Positions 9,972 through 19,513 of a stretch of 40,527 bases of DNA are shown in pieces. The notes under the pieces are model-generated. The model searched no databases and was not told the origin of the DNA. It saw only the letters and a program-made list of their open reading frames with translations. Both the position numbers and the translations under genes were made by a program. This DNA is from a virus. Its lineage: Duplodnaviria > Caudoviricetes. Numbering within the stretch: position 1 is the stretch's first letter; each line of letters opens with the position of its first letter. The stretch is from positions 1 to 40,527 of the IMG/VR virus record IMGVR_UViG_3300037873_000016; one strand, given 5' to 3'.

Positions 9972-10671
9972 TAAGATCCTCGTCGTCCTCGTTGGCTCTG
10001 TGGTCGTGAATTGGCTTTGGCCAATTCTGGTCGGACGGCGCGAACCATGTTTCGATGCGTTGGTTCAATAGCTCGCGTTCACGCACCAGATCTGAAGCAT
10101 CACGCTCCTCTTTCGCCGCCAGCCTAACTGTAGCATCAAGGACGATCCACTCCGGGAACGGCAACTGAACCAGCTCGCTATTGGCTAGCGGGCGGCCCCA
10201 ATCTCGAATAAACGAGTAATGCACGGTATACACGCCGTTCGGAGGCGGGTCGAATAGCAGGTGAAACTTTTTTGCTTGCGAGGCTGTCTCGAGTTTCAGC
10301 CGCAACGAGTATTGAGGGAACGAGCTTATCCCCCACGACTGAGCTCTGGTCGTAGTGACACGCGTCGAATTAAATGGCCTCAGCGGGTACTTGTAGTCGC
10401 CAACCAACAGACGCACGCTCACAACTTTTTTCGTGACCGATTGCAGCGCGTATTCTGCCGTGCCGGCGACCGTAGTGACGGTCGAGTCACGGACCCATAT
10501 GTCCTCCCGCAGCGAGCACAGATTCTCGTAATGCTGCTCCGCCGAGAGGTGGATCGCGTTGTACACCTCTCCTGATGCGGCAGACCCGTCGGCAACGAAT
10601 GTACTGTTCTCCAAGTCCAATCGTTGCCGAACGAGTTCTGCAATATTCTCGTATGTATAGTGGTCGAGCAC
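9961..10671 (-). CDS. Head-tail adaptor (putative)
   Basis: 236 aa with an N-terminal helix (ELVRQRLDLENSTFV) and TTVAGTAEYAL motif. It sits between the capsid and nozzle genes. Confidence 0.65.
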   Translation of the reverse strand: MLDHYTYENIAELVRQRLDLENSTFVADGSAASGEVYNAIHLSAEQHYENLCSLREDIWVRDSTVTTVAGTAEYALQSVTKKVVSVRLLVGDYKYPLRPFNSTRVTTTRAQSWGISSFPQYSLRLKLETASQAKKFHLLFDPPPNGVYTVHYSFIRDWGRPLANSELVQLPFPEWIVLDATVRLAAKEERDASDLVRERELLNQRIETWFAPSDQNWPKPIHDHRANEDDEDLNGW

Positions 10672-10872
10672 TTACTCTTCGTCGTCGTAAGACTCGAGCT
10701 GCATGATTGTTTTGACGGCTTCGCAAATCGCTTTGCCGTCCTTGGCTTCAAGGGCGTCGGCGAGCGCTAGACCCGCCTCGTCCTTGGCCACGCTCTCAGC
10801 GTCATCATCCTCACTGGGTGCGGACATTGGCGCCTTAGTGTTCATGCCTCCGAGCATATCTTCCATTGGCAT
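10672..10872 (-). CDS. Small acidic hypothetical protein
   Basis: Fills the gap between coupled structural genes exactly. Confidence 0.7.
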   Translation of the reverse strand: MPMEDMLGGMNTKAPMSAPSEDDDAESVAKDEAGLALADALEAKDGKAICEAVKTIMQLESYDDEE

Positions 10873-10873
10873 G

Positions 10874-11257
10874 TTACTTACCTACCGGGCTGGAGCTCAC
10901 CACGATCCGGAAATTTACGCGCGGGCCGTTCAGATTTGCAGCAGTGCCTGCGGTGCTCTGAGTAACCAGCGTAAACGCCTTGGTAGTGAGCAGCGTCTGC
11001 GCACTCATGATCTGCACGCGCTTGGCTGAGCTACTAAGATCCTCCTCGAGCCAAGCTTCTGCAGTAATTACCCGTGCGAATGGACCATCCGTGAGAGTAA
11101 CCGTGTAGACTCCAGTCGATGGAGCGCCCACGCTGAAACCAGCTCCTACCACATTGATAGGAGCACCGGTATCATCCGTCTCGAACGATCCTTCGTAGAC
11201 CTGTCGAGCCGGATTTTTGTAATAGCTCTCCGAGTAGAGAGCCTTGCCGCCAGCCAT
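10874..11257 (-). CDS. Small beta-rich structural protein (capsid decoration-like)
   Basis: TGVYTVTL motif. TAATG coupling with the upstream gene. Lies downstream of the capsid gene. Confidence 0.55.
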   Translation of the reverse strand: MAGGKALYSESYYKNPARQVYEGSFETDDTGAPINVVGAGFSVGAPSTGVYTVTLTDGPFARVITAEAWLEEDLSSSAKRVQIMSAQTLLTTKAFTLVTQSTAGTAANLNGPRVNFRIVVSSSPVGK

Positions 11258-11814
11258 TAGCCGAGCTCCAAAACAAGCAAGCCTACGGGCAGACCCTGTC
11301 CGATACCGGTGGCACCGCTGCGGGTTACGTCGACGACAAGTACATCGCCTTTGTCGAGCTCAATCTCGGCACTGACAGAGCTGAGCGCAAACGCATTCGA
11401 TGCTCTGGGCAGGTTTACTGTCATGTGCCCCTGAGTGAGCGACACTCCAGTGGCCAGTGCGCCAACATTGGCGGTCGTCGCGTTAGTGCTACCTTTCAGA
11501 TACGCAATCAACGCCGTAGCAGAGTACGTCGGAGATGCGTATTTTAGTAGCTGCACTACGTAGTAATCAGAGGCCGATACAGTGCTAGAAAGGCTTTGCA
11601 CGTAGCGGGCACCGACGATCCTGCATTTGTTTACGGCCGTGTAGACGACCTGCGCAACGAAAGCCGTCGCAGTTGCGGCGTTGCCCTCGTTGCGGTAGCT
11701 GACTTGCTCGCCAGTCGTCATGGCTGCCAAGGCCTCGACGGTTCGCGCCGAATCCTCGGCATCGCCAAACATGCCGCGCAATCGTTCGCGCAGCTGTGTG
11801 ATATTGAGCGCCAT
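11257..11814 (-). CDS. Capsid-associated/cement protein (putative)
   Basis: Start reassigned to ATG 11814 (TAATG overlap with the capsid stop), reading MALNITQLRERL. Beta-rich C-terminus (ELDKGDVLVVDVT). Confidence 0.6.
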   Translation of the reverse strand: MALNITQLRERLRGMFGDAEDSARTVEALAAMTTGEQVSYRNEGNAATATAFVAQVVYTAVNKCRIVGARYVQSLSSTVSASDYYVVQLLKYASPTYSATALIAYLKGSTNATTANVGALATGVSLTQGHMTVNLPRASNAFALSSVSAEIELDKGDVLVVDVTRSGATGIGQGLPVGLLVLELG

Positions 11815-13040
11815 TAGTCTGACTCCACAGTGATGACGCAGTTCGCCCGCGTATCGTCGCACGCCATGTTCGCGTAATAGTCAGCACGCACCTCGTAGCC
11901 AGATGCGCTGACTTCGCGGAGCATGGTGACGCCGTCATCATCGACCATGTCGGGGACAGGGCCGAGGCTGACGAGCTTCCAAGTGTCCTTCGTGAGGAGG
12001 AACATGTTATCGTCAGTAGAATTTTGATCCGCTACACAACTGACATTGCGTCGCGAGCCAGTGAACACGATCGATTTGAATCCGATGCGTGCATCAGTCG
12101 ACTTGATGTCGTCGTAAACCACCTTGTTTCCGAGTTCCAATTGGAGGTCACGGAACTTCAAATGATTCATTAGACACAGATCTGGTGATGCGCCTTCGCG
12201 CCCCAGTCTAGCGATGCCGATTCGGATTGCTTCAGCGATTGAGACATTCGTTGCGGAAACGCGCGAGCCGTACAGGCGCGAGTCTTCGCTTCGGTCGACT
12301 TGAAAAAAGCTATCGCCAGTGGTCGGTGCTACCGTTGGGATCCACGCTAACAGACCTGCGATCGAATTTTTGAAGTCGCCTTCAACGAAAAAATATCGGC
12401 TAGCCGCTAAGCCAGTCGCGTCGTTGACTGTAACCGTTCCGGCATCGCGATTGACGCCAGTAACAGTTGCCGTAGTTGGCGTTCCGCCACCGATGAGCGT
12501 ATGCGCCGCGCTTGAGCCGTCGTTGGCAGAGAACACGTACACATCGCCAACCTCAACGTTTGAGATTTCCTCGATATCGTTGAGAGTGAACGTCAAACCT
12601 GACGTGTAGCCAGCACTGATTTGGCCGCGCGCGCCACCGGTATTGCGGTACATACTGATCGCGCATGAGCGCGTCAGTGTGCTCAGCATTCCGTCGACTT
12701 CGCGTTGTCGTGCTTCGAAAAACGCCTTCTTACCGGCGCCTTTCGATTGCTTCAACACCTTGCGAGTGATTGAAATGAAGCCAAAATCATCAGCAGTCGT
12801 GATGAAAAAGTCTTCATATTTGTTCGTGGATTTGTTTGCTTGCCCGGTGGCAAACGTGCGGGAACGGCCGTTGGGAATTCCATACTGGATTGGCTGCACA
12901 TAGTGCTTTCCGCCGATGTCCGTTTTCTTCGGGCACATGGCGAACCAAGGATTTTCCGGATAGGTAACGTCGTTGATACCTTCCTCCGAGTAGAACTCCT
13001 TCAGAGCCGCATCAAAGGATGTTGCGTCAACTGAGGACAT
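11814..13040 (-). CDS. Major capsid protein (putative)
   Basis: 408 aa, with a strong AGGAG RBS, directly after the scaffold gene. The N-terminal 'FDAALKEFY...P' pattern is typical of this capsid group. Confidence 0.8.
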   Translation of the reverse strand: MSSVDATSFDAALKEFYSEEGINDVTYPENPWFAMCPKKTDIGGKHYVQPIQYGIPNGRSRTFATGQANKSTNKYEDFFITTADDFGFISITRKVLKQSKGAGKKAFFEARQREVDGMLSTLTRSCAISMYRNTGGARGQISAGYTSGLTFTLNDIEEISNVEVGDVYVFSANDGSSAAHTLIGGGTPTTATVTGVNRDAGTVTVNDATGLAASRYFFVEGDFKNSIAGLLAWIPTVAPTTGDSFFQVDRSEDSRLYGSRVSATNVSIAEAIRIGIARLGREGASPDLCLMNHLKFRDLQLELGNKVVYDDIKSTDARIGFKSIVFTGSRRNVSCVADQNSTDDNMFLLTKDTWKLVSLGPVPDMVDDDGVTMLREVSASGYEVRADYYANMACDDTRANCVITVESD

Positions 13041-13052
13041 GTAGAATTACTC

Positions 13053-14030
13053 CTAGCGATCTGGACTGAAACGGAGCAGGTTCGCAGCGCGGTCAAATCG
13101 CTCCTGCCGCGTCAGCGGTCGGGGCGGAGTTGCGCGCGCTCCTGCGTCGAAGTTGGACAACGCTGGCGCTTCTGTCGCCTCGGGCTTCGCCGACTGAACG
13201 GCTCCGTTGCCACGCTCGGAGGGGCTCGCTTGCGCGGGCCCGCCTGTACTTTTCCCATTCAGGCGTTGGGCATAACGCTCCGCTTTTGCGCGGAGATTAG
13301 ACTCGAAGTGTGCGAATACATCGCGCACGGTTGCATCGTCGAGCACCTGCCCGACCGGCTCAAGTTCGCGCTGATAGTAGCTCTTTAGTGCTGCGACTAT
13401 CTCTGTCGGGTCTTCGCCACTAAGCAGCGGGTAATCGCTCTCATGCTCAGTGATGTACGAAGTAACAATCGAGACGCCCTGCTGCTCTTCAGTCTGCTTT
13501 GCTGTTTGCTGTCGGTGAGTGCGCCACTCTTCCAGCTCGCGCTCTTGCCTCTCGTATTTCTCGGTAAGCTCACGTAACTTAATCTGCTCGGGAGTCTCCT
13601 GCTCGTCGACTGCGCGCTTGGCTACGTCGCGAGCCGACACGCCATGCTTGCGCATAAATTCGTAAGGATCTTTTTTGAGCAGCTCGACATGCTCGAAGTG
13701 CTCCCGCTGCGCTTGCGCTAGTGTGGCTTCGCGAATCTGGATCGTGCGTTCTTTTTTAGCGAGCTCTTTGCGTTGCGTTTTGAGCGCGGCAAAGCCCTTG
13801 TCTAGACGTTCTTGTTTCTTTTCTTCAGGTGCCTTCTCTGGTGCCGCTTCCTCTTTTTCGCCCGGCTCCGTAGGTTTCGCCGGATCAGCCTCACTATCAT
13901 TCTGCCCCTGTGAATAGCCTTCGATTGGCCGATTGCCGCGTCCTCGTATCCACGAGGCAACGTCCTCGTCCCCAGTCTGCTCTTTGGGCTGCGGTGCTGG
14001 TTGCTCGAGCTGCTGTGCTGCGTCGGCCAT
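13053..14030 (-). CDS. Capsid scaffolding protein (putative)
   Basis: Highly charged coiled coil with disordered ends, lying between the portal and capsid genes. Confidence 0.7.
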   Translation of the reverse strand: MADAAQQLEQPAPQPKEQTGDEDVASWIRGRGNRPIEGYSQGQNDSEADPAKPTEPGEKEEAAPEKAPEEKKQERLDKGFAALKTQRKELAKKERTIQIREATLAQAQREHFEHVELLKKDPYEFMRKHGVSARDVAKRAVDEQETPEQIKLRELTEKYERQERELEEWRTHRQQTAKQTEEQQGVSIVTSYITEHESDYPLLSGEDPTEIVAALKSYYQRELEPVGQVLDDATVRDVFAHFESNLRAKAERYAQRLNGKSTGGPAQASPSERGNGAVQSAKPEATEAPALSNFDAGARATPPRPLTRQERFDRAANLLRFSPDR

Positions 14031-15889
14031 CAGTTGAGTCCTGTCGGAGGCATGCCTACGGGAGGCGGAATAGGCGCCCCGGGCGCGTCTGGTGGGATGG
14101 GTGACTCAGCAGTAGGGGTAGGCACTGCAGCACCCGGGGCAGGTTCTTGTGACGCGGTGAGCATGTCTTTGCACTGCTCCACCCACGTATTCAGCAAGTC
14201 GCGGTTTTCGTCCGGATACTTGCGTACGTAAGCGTGCACGAAGGCGCGCGTACCGCGATCGATTGCCATCGTGAGATCCATCTGAGGCACTGGTGCGATG
14301 TACTCACCGTCCTCGAGGATCTTCTCAATGCACATGTCGATGAGACGCGGAGACGAGAGCGAGATCTCCATCTTGGCGGCTGTGTCTGGCAGCTCAGCCA
14401 TCTCGCGCGCCTCACTCGCATCGATCCAGCCCTTAGCCTCAAAATGCTCAGCGAGTGCAACCTTGCCGGCGTAGTCGTGCGGCATCTGAGATGCAGGAGT
14501 CATCTTCATTTCGAAGGTACCGACGTCCTGCAGAACTTCTTTCGCCTCGAGTTCCTCGATCCAATTTTTCGCGTGGTACGTGATCTTGTACGAGCCTTCT
14601 TTTTCGAGAATATCGCGGGCCGTTTGCAGCGTTTGCTCAGCCGCCTCCATCACCGCACGCTCATCGTTGCGTGCAACGGTTAGGAATCGCTCAGACTCAA
14701 TGTTGTGGTAAACGAGCTGCGCGCGGCCGCTCTCCGCCATGCCAGCGGGTAGAGAGCCCGACGCGCTAAGTTGCGAGATGCCACTCATTTCATACGCGCT
14801 TTGAGTCAGCGTATTGAGGTGACTCAAAATCTGCGGAGTAACGACGTCATGGACATGGAATTGCGGCGGCGTCCCCGTGTAATCAATCTGTACGCCCTGC
14901 AGAGCGTTACTGATCTGCGCATCGATGATTCTGCTGCCGCGTTCGACGAATACCTTGATATTTCCGCCGCGATACATGTTATTTTGAATCATACGCAGCA
15001 GCTGATTGATCTCGAGCTGAATGCCAGACAGCTGCTCCGCTAATCCAACGCCCCAAAACCCAAGCGGCTCGTCACTCCATCGCCAAAATGCAAACGGGAA
15101 ACCATCCCGCGTCCATTTGTCGTCGTATAGCACCGCTCCGTCGATGACTGCGCACGCTCGACCGTCCTTCGCTTTCGGTCCAGACGGTAAATGCCATGCT
15201 TGCGTAACTACGACCTGATCCGACTGACTATCGCGACCGAAGTAGCGCCTGTCTGCTGGCGCGGCATTCTCAATCGCATCACGCACACGAGGGAAACGCT
15301 CAGTGAGTACAGCGCGATCGATGCAGCGCTGACGATACATCTCACGGGGCTCGCCGTAGATACCCTGCGCATCATCGACGAGCAATTCGCCCGGGAATAC
15401 GTACTCGTAGCGCACCTGTCCCCAGTGCTCCATGACGTGCATAGCGCCAGTGCCGAGCAATATGGAGTTCTTTATGCAGCGCGATCGTAGGTGCCAAAAG
15501 TCGCCCTTGTGGAAATGGCCCTGGATGAATTTGTCGCGCTTCTTTGCAAGCTTTTGCAGCGTTGCGTCGCCAGCGTCAGTAAGATTTTGTGGCGCAGGTC
15601 GCCCTTTGGTGAGCTTGCTCGTTGCAGCGTCAACCATGTTGCGAACAACGTTAAGCGAAAGCCTTCGCCCTTCGACCGGGCCACTACCGAGCGTGCGGCG
15701 TCGCGGGAATTGCCCGACGTCTGCAGTGCCTGCGTATCCGTGCACGGCGCGGTCGCCGTACAGCCGCAGGTAGTGCAGCAGTTGACCGCGTCGATACGAC
15801 TGACGATCGTCGACGCGCTCGGTCGCCGCGATTACTGCGTTCGGTAGGTCTGATTTACCAGACCGCTCCCAGCGGAGGTCTTGCGACAT
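14030..15889 (-). CDS. Portal protein (putative)
   Basis: 619 aa, first large gene after the terminase. Motifs LNVVRNMVDA, FWGVGLAEQL..IQ.EIN and AYEMSGISQLSA; Pro-rich tail. Confidence 0.8.
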   Translation of the reverse strand: MSQDLRWERSGKSDLPNAVIAATERVDDRQSYRRGQLLHYLRLYGDRAVHGYAGTADVGQFPRRRTLGSGPVEGRRLSLNVVRNMVDAATSKLTKGRPAPQNLTDAGDATLQKLAKKRDKFIQGHFHKGDFWHLRSRCIKNSILLGTGAMHVMEHWGQVRYEYVFPGELLVDDAQGIYGEPREMYRQRCIDRAVLTERFPRVRDAIENAAPADRRYFGRDSQSDQVVVTQAWHLPSGPKAKDGRACAVIDGAVLYDDKWTRDGFPFAFWRWSDEPLGFWGVGLAEQLSGIQLEINQLLRMIQNNMYRGGNIKVFVERGSRIIDAQISNALQGVQIDYTGTPPQFHVHDVVTPQILSHLNTLTQSAYEMSGISQLSASGSLPAGMAESGRAQLVYHNIESERFLTVARNDERAVMEAAEQTLQTARDILEKEGSYKITYHAKNWIEELEAKEVLQDVGTFEMKMTPASQMPHDYAGKVALAEHFEAKGWIDASEAREMAELPDTAAKMEISLSSPRLIDMCIEKILEDGEYIAPVPQMDLTMAIDRGTRAFVHAYVRKYPDENRDLLNTWVEQCKDMLTASQEPAPGAAVPTPTAESPIPPDAPGAPIPPPVGMPPTGLN

Positions 15890-15954
15890 ACGTCGACGTC
15901 ATGCTCAGCTCCTTGTCATGCGCGACGAGCGCGCTGCCGCTTACACGGCGACAG

Positions 15955-16027
15955 TTGCGGGAGCCGGAATCGAACCGACCTGCTCGTGGGTATGAGCCAC
16001 GGAATCTCGCCAGAGATTTCTCCCGCA
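15955..16027 (-). tRNA. tRNA-Met(CAT)-like gene, atypical D arm, no encoded CCA
   Basis: Folds as TGCGGGA GA AATC TCTGGCGA GATT C CGTGG CTCATAC CCACG AGCAG GTCGG TTCGATT CCGGC TCCCGCA A, with complete acceptor, anticodon and T arms. Confidence 0.8.
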
Positions 16028-16270
16028 TCACGAGGCCTCCGAACTGGCGTACATGTCCCGTTCGAGGTTCTCTTGCTCCTGCTCAGGGCTCAGCTTGTCT
16101 GCCTCTGCCGCAGGAATCACAGGACGCTCCGCGTGCAGCTGCACGCTCACGTCCTGACATTCGATTGCTATGACGCGATTAAGCAAACCGTGCGTGCTAA
16201 GCAGGCTGATTGCTTCACCGAGTGTCATCGCCACGGAAAAAGTATGGGTTCGCGTTTGGTCAATTGTCAA
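16028..16270 (-). CDS. Hypothetical protein
   Basis: 80-aa ORF filling the gap before the tRNA; the exact start is uncertain. Confidence 0.6.
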   Translation of the reverse strand: MTIDQTRTHTFSVAMTLGEAISLLSTHGLLNRVIAIECQDVSVQLHAERPVIPAAEADKLSPEQEQENLERDMYASSEAS

Positions 16271-16276
16271 AAATAT

Positions 16277-16516
16277 CTATTTTCCCTCGCGCGCGCGCGT
16301 AGGCGAGATTTCGGGCGCATCGGCGACAATGAAACGCAGGTTTTCGAACGGAACCTGCACGGTCTTCGAGCTTTTGCGATGAATGAAGACCATCCGAAGC
16401 GCGTAGTCGACTTCGACCTCGTACTGCGAGCCGTTAACCAAGAGCTCCATGCTGCGCCCGAAGCGCGCGGCCTCGTCGAGCATGAGCGATTCGTCTTTTT
16501 TCAATCTAGTTCTCAT
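16277..16516 (-). CDS. Hypothetical protein
   Basis: Start reassigned to ATG 16516 (MRTRLKKDES), overlapping the terminase end, with GGAG upstream. Confidence 0.6.
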   Translation of the reverse strand: MRTRLKKDESLMLDEAARFGRSMELLVNGSQYEVEVDYALRMVFIHRKSSKTVQVPFENLRFIVADAPEISPTRAREGK

Positions 16517-18041
16517 CCCAATCACACTCCTGCAAATAATTGGACCAGTCCATCTGCTCGCGTTGCTTCCGGATCTTGCTTTCGATCCGAAATTCTTTCT
16601 GCCGCTCATAGAACTCAGCTGAGCCTTCGGCAGGGTAGGGTTTCGCGATCGGATCGAACACATGCTTGGCGCAGTAGTCGACCGCTAACACGAGCGCCGA
16701 TACTAAGTCGCCGTGGCCACCGGTCTTCCAGCGCGGACTTTGGATCGAAATCTGTCCGCCAGCAGTTGGTCGAGATTGCACCTCGCGCAGCTGGCGAATC
16801 AGCCTCGTGTGCTCGGGTAATTTTAGCAAACCATCATGCAAGATGGTCCGAAACCGTTGGTAAGTCCGATTCTTTCCAGTCACGCCTTCGGGCGCGCTAA
16901 ACAGCAACAGATTGTGTGTCTCTAGGTGCTCGGCGATTGATTCGCGGTAATGCGAGTCAGCCACAACTCCCTCGACGTGGTAGCCCTGTGCGATCTTGGC
17001 GAACACACCTACTACCGGACCTGGTTTCAGCTCCCGCTCTGTCGGTCGGAGCTCAAGCACATTGGCAACGCGGTAGAGCGCGCGGTCTCGCGCCACAGCG
17101 ACGAGCGCCGCCGAGTCAACACGGAAAGCGAAGTCCGCTCCGCATGCCGTGCAGGCGTCAGGGTCGTACTTGAGCGGCAGGGCGAGCGACGTGTCAATGC
17201 TGCGCTCGATGGCCCGCGCATCGAAGAATGCAATCGCATCGAGATCCATAAATTCGGCATCGAATTCACGGCGCGCATTATCCGGGTCGCGCTCACGTTC
17301 CCGGTCAACAATCTCGCGTGTCCATTTCACATCCTGCAAGAGCAACGTGGGAGCATGCGCTGCAATTGCGGTCGAGTGTTTGCCATAGTTCGCCCGGAAT
17401 AGCTCGTACAGCAGCCCGGTCTTGCTCCATGGCGTCGAAGCAATCACAAGCTGCGCGCCAGGTAGCATGCGAGGCGCAATGGCCTTGAAGATTTCAACGT
17501 CATTAACCTTGTACGAGTCGTCCCTGAAGAACGCCGCCTCATCGAGCAGCGCGCCTACGAGTGAACGACCACGCACCGCGGAGCCGCCGCTTGTGGCCGG
17601 CAAGCACTCGATGCTCACGATGCCACCTTCTGGCCGGCGAAGCGTCACCGAATCAGTCGTCTCAGCGACTATCAGCGCCCTGAGCTTATCACGCATGCGA
17701 AGGGCGCCTTTGACGTAACTCAAAGCTTGCTTAGCGAGGCGCATATCAGGCGCCACGATGAGCCCCATCGCCTGCTCGCCTGGCGCTAACGTCTGCAACG
17801 ATGTCTGCAGCGCCTGCTGCAGCAGGCGTATCGCGCCGAGCACATACGACTTGCCGCCACGAGCTCCGCAGACGGCGACGAGCACTGCCCTGGCTCTATC
17901 AGGTATTGGCTCGCGAGAACCAAAGATGAATTCACCGAGCAAGCTATCTGGCTGCTCGCCATCGAATGCGACACGCACGAGCTCGTTCTGGCCTGGTTCC
18001 AGTTTGATACCGAGGTAATCGCAGAACGAGCGGAAGTTCAA
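16506..18041 (-). CDS. terL: Terminase large subunit
   Basis: Walker A (CGARGGKS), Walker B (ALLDEAAF), coupling motif IASTP, and RNase H-like acidic motifs (GADFAF, GHGDLVSAL). The start is probably TTG 18041 (TTGA overlap, GGAG 8 nt upstream). Confidence 0.92.
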   Translation of the reverse strand: MNFRSFCDYLGIKLEPGQNELVRVAFDGEQPDSLLGEFIFGSREPIPDRARAVLVAVCGARGGKSYVLGAIRLLQQALQTSLQTLAPGEQAMGLIVAPDMRLAKQALSYVKGALRMRDKLRALIVAETTDSVTLRRPEGGIVSIECLPATSGGSAVRGRSLVGALLDEAAFFRDDSYKVNDVEIFKAIAPRMLPGAQLVIASTPWSKTGLLYELFRANYGKHSTAIAAHAPTLLLQDVKWTREIVDRERERDPDNARREFDAEFMDLDAIAFFDARAIERSIDTSLALPLKYDPDACTACGADFAFRVDSAALVAVARDRALYRVANVLELRPTERELKPGPVVGVFAKIAQGYHVEGVVADSHYRESIAEHLETHNLLLFSAPEGVTGKNRTYQRFRTILHDGLLKLPEHTRLIRQLREVQSRPTAGGQISIQSPRWKTGGHGDLVSALVLAVDYCAKHVFDPIAKPYPAEGSAEFYERQKEFRIESKIRKQREQMDWSNYLQECDWDEN

Positions 18042-18298
18042 AGGCGCTGCTCCAAGTAACGTACGGCGTCCGCAAATCCGATATCCAGAATCTCCTGCAC
18101 GAACTTGATCGCATCGCCGGACATGCCGCACCCAAAGCAATGATACAAGCCACGTCTCGCGTTGACGTGAAAGCTTGGCATTTTCTCTTTGTGGAATGGG
18201 CAAAGCCCAAAGTGACTGGCGCCTTTCTTTTTTAGATCAACAACAAGCCCCACAAGGCCGACTAAGTCGGTCTTCCTTCTGATCTCCTCCAAGATCAC
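18038..18298 (-). CDS. Stand-alone CHC2 zinc-finger protein (DnaG primase zinc-binding-domain-like)
   Basis: GLCPFHKEKMPSF.V...LYHCFGCG..GD.I.FV; 86 aa with no TOPRIM domain. Confidence 0.9.
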   Translation of the reverse strand: MILEEIRRKTDLVGLVGLVVDLKKKGASHFGLCPFHKEKMPSFHVNARRGLYHCFGCGMSGDAIKFVQEILDIGFADAVRYLEQRL

Positions 18299-18699
18299 TT
18301 TCGCCTCCGCTTCTTGCTCGCACTAACCCATTGGCCTTTGCGTTTGCCGCCCTTGTCTTTCAGCTTTTCCCACAGCTCCGCTTCGTAATTCCGAAGCTCA
18401 TCTACATCAGCCACGAAACGCATCTGCCGTGCATCCTTCGGCGTCTCTGGTCGCTCGTACATGTCGCGCAGGTGCCGGATTAGGTGCGGCGGGCTCTTCG
18501 ATTCGTAGAACGCAATGAGAGCATCCCATTCTTTGAACAGCTTCGCTCGCTCCGCAGCGCATTCTGACGTCGGAGCACTGCCGACGAATAGACGACCACG
18601 CTCCCTGAACTCGCGTTCCTGCTGTACGCGCTTCATAGCGTCCAGTCGACGCATTTTGATACGCTGCAAAGGCGTTAGTTTCAACAATTCATCCGCCAC
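18295..18699 (-). CDS. Hypothetical basic protein
   Basis: Coupled ORF in the operon with a Lys/Arg-rich C-terminus. Confidence 0.7.
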   Translation of the reverse strand: MADELLKLTPLQRIKMRRLDAMKRVQQEREFRERGRLFVGSAPTSECAAERAKLFKEWDALIAFYESKSPPHLIRHLRDMYERPETPKDARQMRFVADVDELRNYEAELWEKLKDKGGKRKGQWVSASKKRRRK

Positions 18700-18976
18700 C
18701 GTTCGGCTCCTTTCGCTGCATCCACGGCGCGTTAGCGGCCATGTCAGTCACTGTCTTGCGTGAGACGCGCGCTTTCGATGTCTCGACACCGAGCACGCGC
18801 GAAACGTAATTCAAAACGAACATGGCGGACGCGATGTCCGGGTTAGGAACAGACTCGCCCTTCTTGTTTTTCGACATGCGATTCATCGCCAGGTCGTACG
18901 CCTCCTGAGCGCGCGCCAAGAGCTCGGCCTTTGCTTCGTCGGCGGATGCGCTAACGAGCTCGCTAAAGCTCTTCAC
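18689..18976 (-). CDS. Hypothetical protein, possible terminase small subunit
   Basis: Small helical protein near terL. The PDIASAMFVL...VLGV segment resembles TerS oligomerisation helices; the function call is weak. Confidence 0.45.
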   Translation of the reverse strand: MKSFSELVSASADEAKAELLARAQEAYDLAMNRMSKNKKGESVPNPDIASAMFVLNYVSRVLGVETSKARVSRKTVTDMAANAPWMQRKEPNGGG

Positions 18977-19469
18977 GAGCTCTCCTGAGTGACTCGTACC
19001 TCTTCCTGTCGTATTCCTTCCTCAGTGCGACTCGGATCGCGTAGTCTGGCTGTCTCTTAAGTGATTCGCGGTGCTTCTTGAAGCGTTCATTCCTGCAAAG
19101 TCTACATTGGCGAATGCCTCTTGTAGGACAGATATACAAATTGTTTCCTGCATAGGGATGCCCCTGAGGGCAATGGGTCTTGACGAGATTGCCGTGACGC
19201 CCTTTGACCACACAGTCACGAAGGTTATCTCGTTGCGTTCCGAGGAATAGATGGTCCGGGTTCACGCAGGCTGGCGTGTCGCACTTGTGCAACACGTGCG
19301 CGCCATCGGGAATCGGTCCCATGTAAGCCATGTAGGCCTCTCTATGCGCGCGTCGTGTCCGTCCATCCGCTCGAAGACTGCCATACCCATCTTTGTCGCG
19401 AGACCGTAACCATAACCAGCAACCGGTGGTTGGTTCAGGAATTGAATCAGACAGAATTCTGTTTTTCAT
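18963..19469 (-). CDS. HNH homing endonuclease (HNH_3-like) with C-terminal Cys/His domain
   Basis: CWLW, AHR, VLHKCDTPACVNPDHLFLGTQRDN, then KTHCPQGHPY...CRLC. Confidence 0.9.
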   Translation of the reverse strand: MKNRILSDSIPEPTTGCWLWLRSRDKDGYGSLRADGRTRRAHREAYMAYMGPIPDGAHVLHKCDTPACVNPDHLFLGTQRDNLRDCVVKGRHGNLVKTHCPQGHPYAGNNLYICPTRGIRQCRLCRNERFKKHRESLKRQPDYAIRVALRKEYDRKRYESLRRAREEL

Positions 19470-19513
19470 ACTCCGGCTCCTTCCTTGCTCTGCGCAAACT
19501 TTCAGTTAAACAC

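Noticed and set aside
15881-16900. 339-aa plus-strand ORF and the many other antisense ORFs (e.g. 4916-5710, 29039-29779, 39663-40367)
   Set aside because: They are shadows of coupled minus-strand genes in GC-rich DNA, with no recognisable motifs.
18042-18203. Long N-terminus of TerL as given in the ORF track
   Set aside because: It overlaps the CHC2 gene by more than 160 nt. TTG 18041 has an RBS and a TTGA overlap.
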